Below are positions 42,463-52,860 of a stretch of DNA of 64,000 nucleotides, one piece after another. Location of the stretch: NCBI GenBank assembly GCA_016213265.1, contig JACRBA010000134.1:29043-93042 (forward strand), given 5' to 3'. Each line of letters starts with the position of its first letter. Position 1 is the first letter of the stretch. Origin of the DNA: Burkholderiales bacterium. Lineage in GTDB: Bacteria > Pseudomonadota > Gammaproteobacteria > Burkholderiales > Burkholderiaceae_C. Under the pieces are notes generated by a model. It was not told the origin of the DNA and did not search any database. It saw nothing but the letters and a program-made list of their open reading frames with translations. A program made the translations under genes and the position numbers.

Positions 42463-42879
42463 TCAGGCCATCACTGCCGGCAGGCATGGCGGCAGCTTGG
42501 CAAGGATGCCGCTGCGAAGGCGTTCCGGGCGCTCGTTGCGGGGCAGCGCGCCGTCGGCGCTGTGCGCGTGCAGGCGCGCACAGGCCAGCACCTGCGCGGC
42601 AGTTTCTGCATCGGCGGCCAGATCGCCGAAGTAGTACGTGGGCTTGCCTGGGGCTTGCAGCGCAACCGTGCAGGATCGGGCGCAGCCGCTCATGCAGGCG
42701 ATGCCGCGCACGTGCAGGCCGGCAGCCCGGCCTTCGGTTTGCAGGGCCTGGACGGCCTCGAGCAAGGCCTGGCCGGAGGGCGGCAGCTCGCGCGATGCGC
42801 CTGCGGGCCGACAGGTGGTGCAGACGATGATTTCGGTGACGGGTGCGGTGGGCATGGGGTACGGTGCTTCAGGGCTCAA
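42463..42879 (-). CDS. DUF1636-family putative metal-binding protein
   Basis: VCTTCR, CMSGCARSCTVA, YYFGDL, RPERLR. Confidence 0.8.
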   Translation of the reverse strand: MSPEAPYPMPTAPVTEIIVCTTCRPAGASRELPPSGQALLEAVQALQTEGRAAGLHVRGIACMSGCARSCTVALQAPGKPTYYFGDLAADAETAAQVLACARLHAHSADGALPRNERPERLRSGILAKLPPCLPAVMA

Positions 42880-42907
42880 GAGGGCTCTTCAGGGTTCCAT
42901 TCAGGGC

Positions 42908-43594
42908 TCATTCAGGCCGGCTTGCCCGGCGGTGTTCCGCACCCCAGCGCATCGCCCAGGCGGCGCAGCGGCCGATGGCGCGCGCCGGTTCGTCGAAGTC
43001 GACGATGACGATGCGTTGCGCGGCCTGGGGTGCGGCCGGTTGTTCCAACGTGCGGCCATCGGTCAACAGCCACAGCCACGATTCGGCTGGGCCGTTGCGG
43101 CGCGCGGCGCGGCGCAGCACCTGCTCGGCCTGAGCCAATGCATGCGTCAGCGGTGTGCCACCACCGCCGCCCAGAGGCCGCACCTGCGCACCGCCGGCGG
43201 CACGCGCCCGGCCGGGTGGCAGCCGCAGTTCCACGCCCTGGCCCCCGAAGCACAGCAGTGCCACGTCGTCGCCGGCGCGCGCCGCCTGCTCGATCAGCCA
43301 CGTGGCATGCCCCTTGGCCAGCGCCAGCCGCCCGCGCTGGCGCATCGAGCCCGAGGTGTCGAGCACGATGAGGTGCAAGCGGGCCGGTTGCGCGACCCGC
43401 AGCGTGTGGCGCAGGTGCGCCCGTTGCAGCGGCTGCGGGCCCTTGGCGAGCAAGCTGGGTAGCCAGGCGATCGCGGCACATGTTTGCCTCGCGACGTGGC
43501 GCGTTGGGGCTGCCGGCCGCAGATGAGGAGGCGGGGCGGGCCACCGCAGACCGCCTTGCCCTGGGCGCGGGTGGCGGCTGCGGTGGCTCAGGCT
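42908..43594 (-). CDS. chlD: vWA domain of ChlD-like chelatase subunit (second frame, reached by -1 frameshift)
   Basis: IAWLPSL, LDTSGSM MIDAS, GGGTPL, LTDG; frame open from the A8 run. Confidence 0.8.
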   Translation of the reverse strand, partial: SLSHRSRHPRPGQGGLRWPAPPPHLRPAAPTRHVARQTCAAIAWLPSLLAKGPQPLQRAHLRHTLRVAQPARLHLIVLDTSGSMRQRGRLALAKGHATWLIEQAARAGDDVALLCFGGQGVELRLPPGRARAAGGAQVRPLGGGGGTPLTHALAQAEQVLRRAARRNGPAESWLWLLTDGRTLEQPAAPQAAQRIVIVDFDEPARAIGRCAAWAMRWGAEHRRASRPE

Positions 43595-43601
43595 TTTTTT
43601 T
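43541..43601 (-). promoter_or_regulatory. Programmed -1 ribosomal frameshift signal
   Basis: Minus strand A8-G, short spacer, hairpin GCCACCGCAG-CCGCC..GGCGG-t-CTGCGGTGGC. Confidence 0.75.
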
Positions 43602-44724
43602 CATGCCAGCCTCCCAGAGACAGCACGCGCGTGGTGGCTTCGGGGCGCGGCGGCAGCGCGCCCCAATCTCCCTCCGGTGCCGGGTTGGCCGGTGGGTCGC
43701 GATGTAGGCGGTCGGCACGCTGATTCGCTGCCATCGGTGGCGCTGGATGCCGGTCCGCTTGCGGCTTCGGCGCAGAGGCGCCCGTGCCCTCCGTCCGGCG
43801 GTGCGCCAGAGCCAGTTCCGCCACCGCATCCACATCGGCCGGCGTCACCTCGGTGCGGCCCTCGAAGGCCGCCAGCGCACGCGCCGCGCGCAGCATCACC
43901 AGATCGGCCCGCATGCCGTCCACGCCCGCGGCCAGCGCGCAGCTTGCGGCACGGTGCAGCACCGCATCGGGCCAGGTCAAACGCGGCAGCGCCGCACGCG
44001 CGGCGGAAATGGCATCGGCCAGACGGGCTTGCTCGCCAGCATGCTGTTCCGCCGCCGCGAGCGGGTGCTCATCGAAGCCCAGGCGGGCACGCAGAATCGC
44101 CGTGCGCTGCTCGGCGTTGGCCGGGTTGACCAGCGCCACCGACAGGCCGAAGCGGTCCAGCAGCTGCGGGCGCAGGTCGCCTTCTTCAGGGTTCATCGTG
44201 CCCACCAGCACGAAGCGTGCGGCATGCTGCTGCGAGATGCCGTCGCGCTCGACGGTGTTGACGCCGCTGGCGGCCACGTCGAGCAGCGCATCGACCAGCG
44301 CATCGGGCAGCAAGTTGACTTCATCGACATACAGCACGCCGTGGTGGGCGCGCGCCAGCAGGCCGGGTGCGAGGCGCAGCCGGCCGTCGCGCAGCACGTC
44401 TTCCACGTTCAGCGTGCCCACCAGTTGCTCCACGCTTGCAGCCAGCGGCAGCGTGATGAAGGGTGCGGGAAGTGACGGGGACACCGACGGCAGCAGCGCT
44501 GCCAGCGCCCGTGCGGCAGTGGACTTGGCGGTGCCGCGCGGGCCGCTGATAAGCACGCCGGCGATGCCCGGGTCGATGGCCGCGAGCAGCAGCGCTCGTT
44601 GCAGCTCAGGCTGACCAATCAGCGCGCTGAAGGGGAAGGCCGCTTGGGTGGCGGCCTCGATGGTCACGGTGGATGTGCCGGACATGGATGCAGCAGTCGA
44701 TGCGGGTGTCATGCCGGGAGTCAT
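43588..44724 (-). CDS. ChlI-like AAA+ chelatase ATPase (first frame of frameshifted chlD)
   Basis: FPFSALIGQ, GPRGTAKS, LYVDEVNLL, GTMNPEEG, LLDRFG; start coupled to cobN stop. Confidence 0.9.
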   Translation of the reverse strand: MTPGMTPASTAASMSGTSTVTIEAATQAAFPFSALIGQPELQRALLLAAIDPGIAGVLISGPRGTAKSTAARALAALLPSVSPSLPAPFITLPLAASVEQLVGTLNVEDVLRDGRLRLAPGLLARAHHGVLYVDEVNLLPDALVDALLDVAASGVNTVERDGISQQHAARFVLVGTMNPEEGDLRPQLLDRFGLSVALVNPANAEQRTAILRARLGFDEHPLAAAEQHAGEQARLADAISAARAALPRLTWPDAVLHRAASCALAAGVDGMRADLVMLRAARALAAFEGRTEVTPADVDAVAELALAHRRTEGTGASAPKPQADRHPAPPMAANQRADRLHRDPPANPAPEGDWGALPPRPEATTRVLSLGGWHEKKA

Positions 44725-47700
44725 CAGAGAGGCCCTTCGCCGTGTTCTTCGAGCCGGCGTTCCAGCGCCAGCAGGTGGTGTTCGATGCGCTCGCGATGAT
44801 CGCCAGGCGCTTGCCACAGCCCGCGCTGCATCGCATCCAGCAGCCTCTCGCCGATGCCGCGCAGCGCCAGTGGGTTGTGCTGCTGTAGGAACTCGCGCGT
44901 AGCGTCGTCGTGCAGGTAGGCGTCGGCCACCAGCGCGTACTGGTGGTCGCCCACCACGCCGGTGGTGGCGCCGTAGGCGAACAGGTTGTCCACCGTGGTG
45001 GCGATCTCGGACGCGCCCTTGTAGCCGTGACGGCGCACGCCATCTAGCCACTTGGGGTTGACGGCGCGCGCGCGCACCACACGCGCGACCTCCTCGCGCA
45101 GCGTGCGGATGCGCGGCGACCCCGGCACGCTGAAATCGCCGTGGTACAGCGCCGCCGGAGCGCCAGCCAAGTGCTGCACTGCCGCTGCCATGCCGCCCTG
45201 GAACTGGGCGTGGTCGGCAGCGTCGAGCACGTCGTGCTCGCGGTTGTCCTGGTTGTGCAGCACCGCGTCGAGCCGTGCCAGCCGCTGCTCGAAGGGCTGA
45301 CGCGCGGCAGCGCCGTGCCCGCCCTGCCCGTAGGCGAAGGCACCGGCCTGCAGGTAGGCCTGAGCGATGTCGGTGCCGTCTTGCCACCGCCCGCTGTTCA
45401 AGACCTCCTGCACGCCCACGCCGTAGCCGCCCGGGCGTGGGCCGAAGACGCGCCAGGTGGCCTGGCGTTGCGCGTCGTCCTCGCTCCGGCCGGCAGCCCG
45501 CGCCTCGGCGGCTTCGCGCTGCACGCGGGCGCGGATCGGGTTCACGTCGTCAGGCTCGTCGGCCTCGCTGATGGCGGCCACGGCGCGCACGGCGGTGTCG
45601 AACAAGTCGATCACGTTCGGGAAGGCGTCGCGGAAAAAACCCGACACGCGCAAGGTCACGTCCACCCGGGGCCGGTTGCGGATAGCCATCGGCAGCACCT
45701 CGATGTCGATCACCCGCGCACTGCCGTCGGCCCACTTCGGCCGCACGCCGAGCAGCGCGAACGCCTGCGCCACGTCTTCACCCCCGGTACGCATGGTGCT
45801 CGTGCCCCAGACCGACAAGCCCACCGCGCCAGGCATCTCGCCATGGTCCTGCAGGTGGCGTTCGATCACCCGTTCGGCGGCGGCCGCGCCCATTGCGTAG
45901 GCAGTAGGGGTGGGCACGGCGCGGGTGTCCACCGAGTAGAAATTGCGCCCGGTGGGCAGCACGTCGGGCCGGCCGCGCGACGGCGCGCCGCTGGGGCCGG
46001 GTGGCACGAAACGGCCGGCCAGGCCGCGCAGCAGTTGCGCCATCTCCTGCGGGCCGCAGGCGTCGAGCCGTGGGCGTAGCACCTCGCGCAGCCGTTGCAG
46101 TACCGGCGCGGTGTGGGGCCAACCCGTGTCGTCGAATGCCTCGGGCACAGCGCCGGCGCTCGCTTGATCCGCCAATACGTGATCTGCCACCACGTGCTCC
46201 GCCACCATGCCCGCGGCCAGCAATTCCAGCCGCTCACGTGTGTGGCCGGCGTGGCGCCACGCCTCGGGGCGGAGCTCCTGCCGCAGGTGCGGACGCGCGC
46301 CGCTCCCCGGCGCGGCCCAGTCGGGGCTGAGTGCGTTGAAGCCGTCCACGCCCTCGATCTGCAGGTCTTGCGCCAGCGCCACCAGCAGGCTCTGCTGGCC
46401 TGCCGCTTTGCCTCCGGAAAAACGCGCCAGCGCGATCAGCGTGTCGACGCGCTGGCGTCCCTGCGGCGAGCTGCCGAGGGTGTGCAACCCGTCGCGGATC
46501 TGTGATTCCTTGATCTCGCACAGGTAGGCGTCCAGGCGCTCGAGCAAGCCTTCACGCGCTGTGTCATCGGCGGGCCGCGTGACACCCAGTTCTTCGTGCA
46601 GGCCTTCGCGCAGAACCCGGTCGAGCATGTCTTCACGCAGCCGCCGTGCGCGCCGCGGGTCGAGCGACAGGGCCTCGTAATACTCGTCCATCTGCCGCTC
46701 GAGCTGTTGCAGCGGGCCGTAGGTTTCGGCGCGCGTCATCGCCGGCATCAGGTGGTCGATGATGACGGCCTGGGTGCGCCGCTTGGCCTGGCTGCCTTCG
46801 CCGGGGTCGTTGACGATGAAGGGGTAGAGGTGCGGCAGCGGGCCGAGGATGGCATCAGGCCAGCAGGCCGCACTCAGTGCAACGCTCTTGCCCGGCAGCC
46901 ATTCGAGGTTGCCATGCGTGCCCACGTGAACCACCGCATCCACCTGGAAGGCGCGGCGCAGCCAGAAGTAGAAGGCCAGGTAGTGGTGCGGCGGCACCAG
47001 ATCGGCGTCGTGGTAAGTCGCCGCCAGGTCCATGTCGCGCCCGCGGGCCGGCTGTATGCCAACAAAGACGTGGCCGAAGCGCAGCCCGGCAATCATGAAG
47101 CGGCCGCTGCGCAACGTTGGATCGTGCTCGGGCGCGCCCCAGCGCGCGATGACGGCGGCGCGGCTGTCGGTGGGAAGCCGATCGAAGTCTTCCAGGTAGT
47201 CGGGCAGGGAGAAGCTCTGCGCGGCCGGGCGTGCGTCGTTGGCGCTGTGGTCGTTGGTGATGCCGCGCAGCAGCGCGGCGATCAGGGCATCGCCGCTGTC
47301 AGGCAGATCGCCACAGGCGTAGCCGGCAGCCTGCAAGGCCCGAAGAACGGCTACGGTGGAAGCCGGTGTGTCCAGCCCCACGCCGTTGGCGATGCGCGAA
47401 TCGTCGATGGGGTAATTGGCAAGGATCAGCGCGATGCGCTTGTCGGCATTGGGCTTGTCGCGCAGCACGCACCAGCGGCGCGCGAGTTCGGCCACGAAGG
47501 CCATGCGCTCGGGCTCCGCTTCGTAGCGGATCACGTCGAGCTGGGTGTGCTCGCAGCGCCAGGCCAGCCCCTTGAAGCTGATTGCGCGAGTGAGGATGCG
47601 GCCATCGACCTCGGGCAGCACCACCTGCATCGCCAAGTCGCGCGGCGCCAGGCCGTGCGGGTCGGCCAGCCACTGCGCTTGCGAGCAGCCGGCGGTGATG

Positions 47701-48584
47701 AGTTGGAGCACAGGTGCGTCACCGGCCAACGCGGCGGATGAAGTGTCGCCGTCGCCATGGGTGCCGCCATCGATAGCCGCCACGGCGAAGTTCGTCGCGT
47801 TCAGCACGATGGCCACGCGGTGCTCAGCCACCAGGGCTTGCACTGCCGCATGGCTGTCCGGGTTCTTGAGTGAATCCACTGCGAGCGCCAGCGCGTTCAG
47901 GCCGGCGGAGGCCAGCGCACGCAGCATCGCATCGAACACCGCCGTGTTGCCGGCTTGCAAATGCGCGCGGTAGAACAGCAGCAGTGCCACCGGCGCACCG
48001 GATGTCCACGCGGACCGGCTGGCAGCATCTTGCGGTCGATAGTGCACCGCCGAAGGCAAGGGGACCGGTAGCGGCGGCCGGCCGCCCAGGCCGAACGCGG
48101 CATGGCCGATGAGCGAGAAGAAGGCCTGCGCGTTGTCGCGCCCGCCTTCGCGCAGGCAGCGCCACAAATGCCGGCAATCGTCTTGCGGTGCGGAGCTACG
48201 CAGCAGCAGCTGCGTGTCTTCGAAGGCATCGCCCGAGAACATCGCCAACCACAAGCCGCGCTCGCGTGCCAGCGAGGTCGCGCGCTCCACCACGTAGGCC
48301 CAGTCGCTCGGGCTGCCCAAGTGATCGATTACCAGCACGCGGGCATGGCGCAGCACATCATCGACGTACAGGTCCACCGAGGCCGGCTGGCGCAGCCACA
48401 TCAGGTTGGCCAGGCGCACGCTGGGGTAGTCGGGGCCGAGCTGCGCCGCGACGTCGGCCAGCAGCGACAGGGTGGTGTCGGCGGCGCTCAGCACCACCAC
48501 CGAGCCGGGCGTCTGCGCCACCCGCACCACGCCCTGGCCACCGTCTTCAATGTGGCCGCCGGGGCGGGTAGACAGCAGGTGCAT
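44724..48584 (-). CDS. cobN: Cobaltochelatase large subunit
   Basis: MHLLST, HVGTHGNLEWLPGK, LPTGRNFY, HGYKGA; 1286 aa. Confidence 0.97.
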   Translation of the reverse strand: MHLLSTRPGGHIEDGGQGVVRVAQTPGSVVVLSAADTTLSLLADVAAQLGPDYPSVRLANLMWLRQPASVDLYVDDVLRHARVLVIDHLGSPSDWAYVVERATSLARERGLWLAMFSGDAFEDTQLLLRSSAPQDDCRHLWRCLREGGRDNAQAFFSLIGHAAFGLGGRPPLPVPLPSAVHYRPQDAASRSAWTSGAPVALLLFYRAHLQAGNTAVFDAMLRALASAGLNALALAVDSLKNPDSHAAVQALVAEHRVAIVLNATNFAVAAIDGGTHGDGDTSSAALAGDAPVLQLITAGCSQAQWLADPHGLAPRDLAMQVVLPEVDGRILTRAISFKGLAWRCEHTQLDVIRYEAEPERMAFVAELARRWCVLRDKPNADKRIALILANYPIDDSRIANGVGLDTPASTVAVLRALQAAGYACGDLPDSGDALIAALLRGITNDHSANDARPAAQSFSLPDYLEDFDRLPTDSRAAVIARWGAPEHDPTLRSGRFMIAGLRFGHVFVGIQPARGRDMDLAATYHDADLVPPHHYLAFYFWLRRAFQVDAVVHVGTHGNLEWLPGKSVALSAACWPDAILGPLPHLYPFIVNDPGEGSQAKRRTQAVIIDHLMPAMTRAETYGPLQQLERQMDEYYEALSLDPRRARRLREDMLDRVLREGLHEELGVTRPADDTAREGLLERLDAYLCEIKESQIRDGLHTLGSSPQGRQRVDTLIALARFSGGKAAGQQSLLVALAQDLQIEGVDGFNALSPDWAAPGSGARPHLRQELRPEAWRHAGHTRERLELLAAGMVAEHVVADHVLADQASAGAVPEAFDDTGWPHTAPVLQRLREVLRPRLDACGPQEMAQLLRGLAGRFVPPGPSGAPSRGRPDVLPTGRNFYSVDTRAVPTPTAYAMGAAAAERVIERHLQDHGEMPGAVGLSVWGTSTMRTGGEDVAQAFALLGVRPKWADGSARVIDIEVLPMAIRNRPRVDVTLRVSGFFRDAFPNVIDLFDTAVRAVAAISEADEPDDVNPIRARVQREAAEARAAGRSEDDAQRQATWRVFGPRPGGYGVGVQEVLNSGRWQDGTDIAQAYLQAGAFAYGQGGHGAAARQPFEQRLARLDAVLHNQDNREHDVLDAADHAQFQGGMAAAVQHLAGAPAALYHGDFSVPGSPRIRTLREEVARVVRARAVNPKWLDGVRRHGYKGASEIATTVDNLFAYGATTGVVGDHQYALVADAYLHDDATREFLQQHNPLALRGIGERLLDAMQRGLWQAPGDHRERIEHHLLALERRLEEHGEGPL

Positions 48585-48626
48585 GGGCTGCTTAAAGTGG
48601 CTTCGATGGCTTCGGGGTTGGGTGCG

Positions 48627-49688
48627 TCAGGCTGCAGCGGTCGCCGCCAACTCACCGTCCAGTTCGGCCTGCAAGACCGCCGCATCCAGCTCGGCACCGA
48701 TCAAGACTAGGCGCGACTGCCGGGTTTCGTCGACGCGCCAGGGCCGATCGAAATAACTGTCGAAGCGCGAGCCCACGCCTTGCACCACCAGCCGCATTGC
48801 AGCGCCGGGCAGCGCGACGAAGCCCTTGGCGCGGTAGATCTCGTGGCGCTCGACCAGGCTGCGCAAGGCGACCAGCAGGCGTTCACGGTCGGGGACTTGC
48901 AAGCTCACCGAGACCGAGTCGAAGGCGTCGTGGTCGTGGTCCTCCTCCTCGTCGTGGTGGGTCTTGCGCTGGTCGATCGCATCTTCCACCGCGCGCTCCA
49001 GGCCCAGCAGCACACCCAGGTCGATGCGACCGTGCTGTGCATGCACCAGCTTCACGCCGGGCGCGGTTTCGATGCGGATGGTGGCTTCGACGCCGGCCAG
49101 GGCGGCGGCGTCCAGGCCGTCCGTCTTGTGCACCACGACCAGGTCGGCGGTGGCGAGCTGGTCTTCGAACAGTTCGGCCAGCGGCGAGTCGTGGTCGAGG
49201 TTGCCGTCGGCACGGCGCTGGGCATCCACCGCCACCGGGTCGTCGGCAAAGCGGCCAGCGGCCACGGCGGGCGCATCCACCACCGTGATCACTGCATCGA
49301 CCGTGAAGGCGTTGCGCAGCGCCGGCCACTGGAAGGCCTGCACCAGCGGCTTGGGCAAGGCCAGGCCCGAGGTCTCGATGACGAGGTGGTCGATCTGCTC
49401 GCGCCGCGCGGCCAGTTGTTCCATCACCGGCGCAAATTCTTCCTGCACGGTGCAGCACAGGCAGCCGTTGGCCAGCTCGAACAACTGCCCGTTGGGCGCG
49501 CCGGCCTCGTCGCAGCCGATGCCGCAGCCGCGCAGCAGTTCACCGTCGATTCCGAGCTCACCGAACTCGTTGACGATGACGGCGATGCGTCGGCCCTGGG
49601 CGTTTTGAAGCAGGTGGCGCAGCAGGGTGGTCTTGCCGCTGCCGAGGAAGCCAGTGACGATGGTGGCGGGGATCTTGCGGGTCTGCAT
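48627..49688 (-). CDS. cobW: COG0523 GTPase cobalt chaperone
   Basis: GFLGSGKTT, NGCLCCT, ETSGLALPKP, His/acidic tract. Confidence 0.95.
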   Translation of the reverse strand: MQTRKIPATIVTGFLGSGKTTLLRHLLQNAQGRRIAVIVNEFGELGIDGELLRGCGIGCDEAGAPNGQLFELANGCLCCTVQEEFAPVMEQLAARREQIDHLVIETSGLALPKPLVQAFQWPALRNAFTVDAVITVVDAPAVAAGRFADDPVAVDAQRRADGNLDHDSPLAELFEDQLATADLVVVHKTDGLDAAALAGVEATIRIETAPGVKLVHAQHGRIDLGVLLGLERAVEDAIDQRKTHHDEEEDHDHDAFDSVSVSLQVPDRERLLVALRSLVERHEIYRAKGFVALPGAAMRLVVQGVGSRFDSYFDRPWRVDETRQSRLVLIGAELDAAVLQAELDGELAATAAA

Positions 49689-49739
49689 GGTGCGGTTCCT
49701 GGAGGTGTTGGTTGGGTGCGGGTCGTGGTGGTGAGGCGA

Positions 49740-50309
49740 TCAGTCCTCGATGCCACGCTGCGCCGGCACGCCGGCTTTGAAGTGGTGCTTGATGAGCGTC
49801 ATCTCGGTCACCGTGTCGGCCAGGGCGATCAGCTCGTCCGGCGCGTTGCGGCCGGTGAGGACCACATGCACGTGCGGCGGTCGCTCGCGCAGGCAGGCCA
49901 GCACAGGCTCGAGCGGCATCCAGCCATAGCGCAGCGGGTACATGATCTCGTCGAGCACCACCATGAAGTGCTCGCCCGCGCGCACCGTGGCCTCGGCCCG
50001 GGCCCAGCCGGCGCGGGCCAGCTCGGCCGAATGCTCGAGGTCGCGGCTCTTCCAGCTGAAGCCGTCGCCCAGGCCTTCTATGGGCATGCCCAGTTGCTCG
50101 AACAAGCGGTGCTCGCCGAAGCGCGCCGAGGGCACTTTCATGAACTGATAGACCTTCACCGTTTTACCTCGACCGAAGGCGCGCAAAGCCAGGCCGAACG
50201 CGGCCGTGCTCTTGCCCTTGCCGGTGCCGGTGTGAACGATGACCAGGCCACGCCGCTCGCCTTGTGGCTTGGGCGTGTCACGCAGCAGAGGTGGGGCTTC
50301 GATGTCCAT
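49740..50309 (-). CDS. cobO: Cob(I)yrinic acid a,c-diamide adenosyltransferase
   Basis: TGTGKGKSTAAFG, VLDE, VLTGR, KHHFKAG. Confidence 0.95.
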   Translation of the reverse strand: MDIEAPPLLRDTPKPQGERRGLVIVHTGTGKGKSTAAFGLALRAFGRGKTVKVYQFMKVPSARFGEHRLFEQLGMPIEGLGDGFSWKSRDLEHSAELARAGWARAEATVRAGEHFMVVLDEIMYPLRYGWMPLEPVLACLRERPPHVHVVLTGRNAPDELIALADTVTEMTLIKHHFKAGVPAQRGIED

Positions 50310-50342
50310 GGTTGCGGGGCGAGTTGCGGCAGCGGCCGGCGA

Positions 50343-51665
50343 TTAGGGTTTGAACAACGCAGCGACGGCCGCCGGATTGCTCGGGAAATACAGGTGCATG
50401 AACGACGCGAACAGCCGCCCTTTGCGGAACACCGGTTCAGGCTGGCCGTGGTGCCGCTGGGCCTGCGTGTGCAGCGCGGCAGGCAAGCGCACGTCGATGC
50501 GCGCGTGGTGGAAGGTGTGCCCACGCACCTCGCCTTCGGGCAGCGCCAGGCTGTGCATACCGAGGTTGACGAGGCGGTCCGCCATTGCCCCTTGGCCGGG
50601 CAGCAAGCCCAGCATCGGCGCTCTGTGGCCAGCGGCGTCGGTGAGCGACTCCAGCAGCGCCAACATGCCGCCGCACTCGGCCACCAGCGGCCGACCGGCC
50701 GCGTGGTGGGCGCAGATGGATTCGCGAGATGCGGTGTTGCCCGCCAGCGCTGGCAGGTGCAGTTCGGGGTAACCGCCGGGCAGGTACAGCGCATGGGCCC
50801 CGGCCGGCACCGGCTGGTTGGCCAGCGGAGAGAAGAAGCACAGCTCGGCACCCAGGGCACGCAGCGTGTCGAGGTTGGAGCGGTAGAGGAACGAGAAGGC
50901 CGCGTCCCGGGCAATGGCGATGGTGACTCCGGCCAACGTGGACGGCAGTGCTGCCGATGCCGAGGTTGGAGGCGCGTCGAAGTCCACGGCCGGCGGCATC
51001 GGCAGCGCGCCGCTGTCGCCCAGCGCCTGGGCGGCGGCCGCGATGCGCTGGGCCATGTCGCCCACCTCGCCAGCCTGAACCAGACCCAAGTGGCGCGATG
51101 GCAGCGCGTAGTGCTCGCCGCGGGGCAGCGCGCCGTACCAGGCAATGCCGGCAGGCAGGCTCTCGTGCAGCATCTGCGCGTGTCCGGCGCTGCCCACGCG
51201 ATTGGCCAGCACGCCGGTCAGCCGCAAGCCCGGGCGGTAGGTGGCCAGCCCGTGGGCTACGGCGCCGAAGGTTTGCGCCATCGCCGAGGCATCGATCACC
51301 GCCAGCACTGGCAACCCGAAGTGCAGGGCCAGATCGGCACTCGACGGCGTGCCATCGTGCAGACCCATGACGCCTTCGACCAGGATCAGGTCAGCCTGCG
51401 CCGCCGCGCTGTGCAGCAGCCCGGCGCAGTGCGCGGCGCCGCCCATCCACAGGTCGAGTTGCTGCACCGGCGCGCCGCTGGCGCATTCCAGCACCATCGG
51501 ATCCAGGAAGTCGGGACCTGTCTTGAAGACGCGCACGCGCCGGCCCTGGCTGCGGTGCGAGTGCGCCAACGCGGCGGTGACGGTGGTCTTGCCCTGGCCC
51601 GAAGCCGGGGCCGTGACCAGCAAGGCCGGGCATGGACGCGCCTCCAGGCAGGGGGAAACAATCAT
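50343..51665 (-). CDS. cobB: Cobyrinate a,c-diamide synthase
   Basis: SGQGKTT, FKTGPDFLDP, EGVMGL, AECGG. Confidence 0.95.
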   Translation of the reverse strand: MIVSPCLEARPCPALLVTAPASGQGKTTVTAALAHSHRSQGRRVRVFKTGPDFLDPMVLECASGAPVQQLDLWMGGAAHCAGLLHSAAAQADLILVEGVMGLHDGTPSSADLALHFGLPVLAVIDASAMAQTFGAVAHGLATYRPGLRLTGVLANRVGSAGHAQMLHESLPAGIAWYGALPRGEHYALPSRHLGLVQAGEVGDMAQRIAAAAQALGDSGALPMPPAVDFDAPPTSASAALPSTLAGVTIAIARDAAFSFLYRSNLDTLRALGAELCFFSPLANQPVPAGAHALYLPGGYPELHLPALAGNTASRESICAHHAAGRPLVAECGGMLALLESLTDAAGHRAPMLGLLPGQGAMADRLVNLGMHSLALPEGEVRGHTFHHARIDVRLPAALHTQAQRHHGQPEPVFRKGRLFASFMHLYFPSNPAAVAALFKP

Positions 51666-51717
51666 GGTCGAGAAGCCAACAGACAAGCTCGGTCCCTTGA
51701 CATGATCTTTCCGGGGG

Positions 51718-52527
51718 TCACCGCGCTGCTTCAGCCGCGCTGGCCGATGCCGGGTTCGATGCGCCCAATACAACAAGCAAGTGCGGCTTCAACCAGCGCG
51801 CGAACAGCGGGCCCGCGACTGCGGCCATCGTGAACCAGAACGACAGCGAGGCCCAGGTGGTGGCCCAGATGAAGTCATGCCCCAGCTTCAGCAGGCTGGC
51901 ATGCGCTTCGCCGCTGTAGCCGGCGAGCGCGTCGCCTTCGAGTTCGGGCGCTCCGACGACGAAGGGCACGGCCAGCAGCACCGCAGCGACCGGCCAGCGC
52001 CAGCGAGACGATGCGAAGCCGAGCGTCGCGAACGCAGAGGCCGAACACACCACTGCCAACAGCCACCAGGCCTGACGCGCGTGCAGCGGCGCGACCTCCA
52101 TGCCCGGCACTTCGGCCGGCAAGCCGAGCGAGGGCCACAGATGCAGGCTCAGCCAACCGGCCGCGGATACCACCGCCGCGACCCGCAGTGCCGGAGTGGC
52201 GTTGCCACGCTTCCAGACCCACAGCGCCATCACCACGAATACCAGCAGCGCCAGGCTGAAGGCGTGCAGCACATTCGCCACCCACGTCCAGGTGCTGCGC
52301 TCGGTGCCAGCAGCGGGCTCCCAGGCAGCGTCATCGTGATGGTGTTCATTCTCGGCAGCGGCAGCATGTTCGTGCGCCACCGCCGCCACCGGCGCGGCTT
52401 TTTGGTCTTCGAACACCTCGGCGGCCAGGATGAGGGGCACCGCCTGCCAGCGCTGCACCGCGAACTGCACGCTGCCGACGAACAGGGCTGCGACTAGCGC
52501 ACACCAGATCAAACGTTGGAACAACAT
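51718..52527 (-). CDS. cbtA: Cobalt transporter subunit
   Basis: PLILAAEVFE, His-rich loop, PSLGLPAEVPG, RQAWW. Confidence 0.9.
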   Translation of the reverse strand: MLFQRLIWCALVAALFVGSVQFAVQRWQAVPLILAAEVFEDQKAAPVAAVAHEHAAAAENEHHHDDAAWEPAAGTERSTWTWVANVLHAFSLALLVFVVMALWVWKRGNATPALRVAAVVSAAGWLSLHLWPSLGLPAEVPGMEVAPLHARQAWWLLAVVCSASAFATLGFASSRWRWPVAAVLLAVPFVVGAPELEGDALAGYSGEAHASLLKLGHDFIWATTWASLSFWFTMAAVAGPLFARWLKPHLLVVLGASNPASASAAEAAR

Positions 52528-52539
52528 GGCAGTCTCCTG

Positions 52540-52728
52540 TCAGTGGCAGGGTTTGACGGTGATGTGGCGCACGTCGTGCGCAGCGTTGTGCGCCAGCGGA
52601 CTGTCGGCAAACGCGACGCCGTACAGCACCGCCATGCCGAGTGCCCCGGCAGCAGCGAGTTGGCGCAACACACCGCGCACCGCGGTGTGGGTGGGCGTTG
52701 AAGCGGGAACGTAGGTCGGCATGTTCAT
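52540..52728 (-). CDS. cbtB: Cobalt transporter subunit
   Basis: Single TM helix then HNAAHDVRH..PCH. Confidence 0.9.
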   Translation of the reverse strand: MNMPTYVPASTPTHTAVRGVLRQLAAAGALGMAVLYGVAFADSPLAHNAAHDVRHITVKPCH

Positions 52729-52860
52729 GAATGGTTCCTTGGGTGAGTGGGCTGGCGGGCTATTGCGACCGTGGCACTGCGCCCCTGGGCGCCCCGGTGT
52801 TTGTGTGTTTCGACCCGCAGGCGGGTAGCAGCGCGCAGCAACGCAAAGCGTTGGTCGCGG

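Noticed and set aside
48780-51833. 1017-aa plus-strand ORF and many other long antisense ORFs
   Set aside because: Shadow frames of cob, mer, tnpA and gsp genes in high-GC DNA; no recognisable motifs
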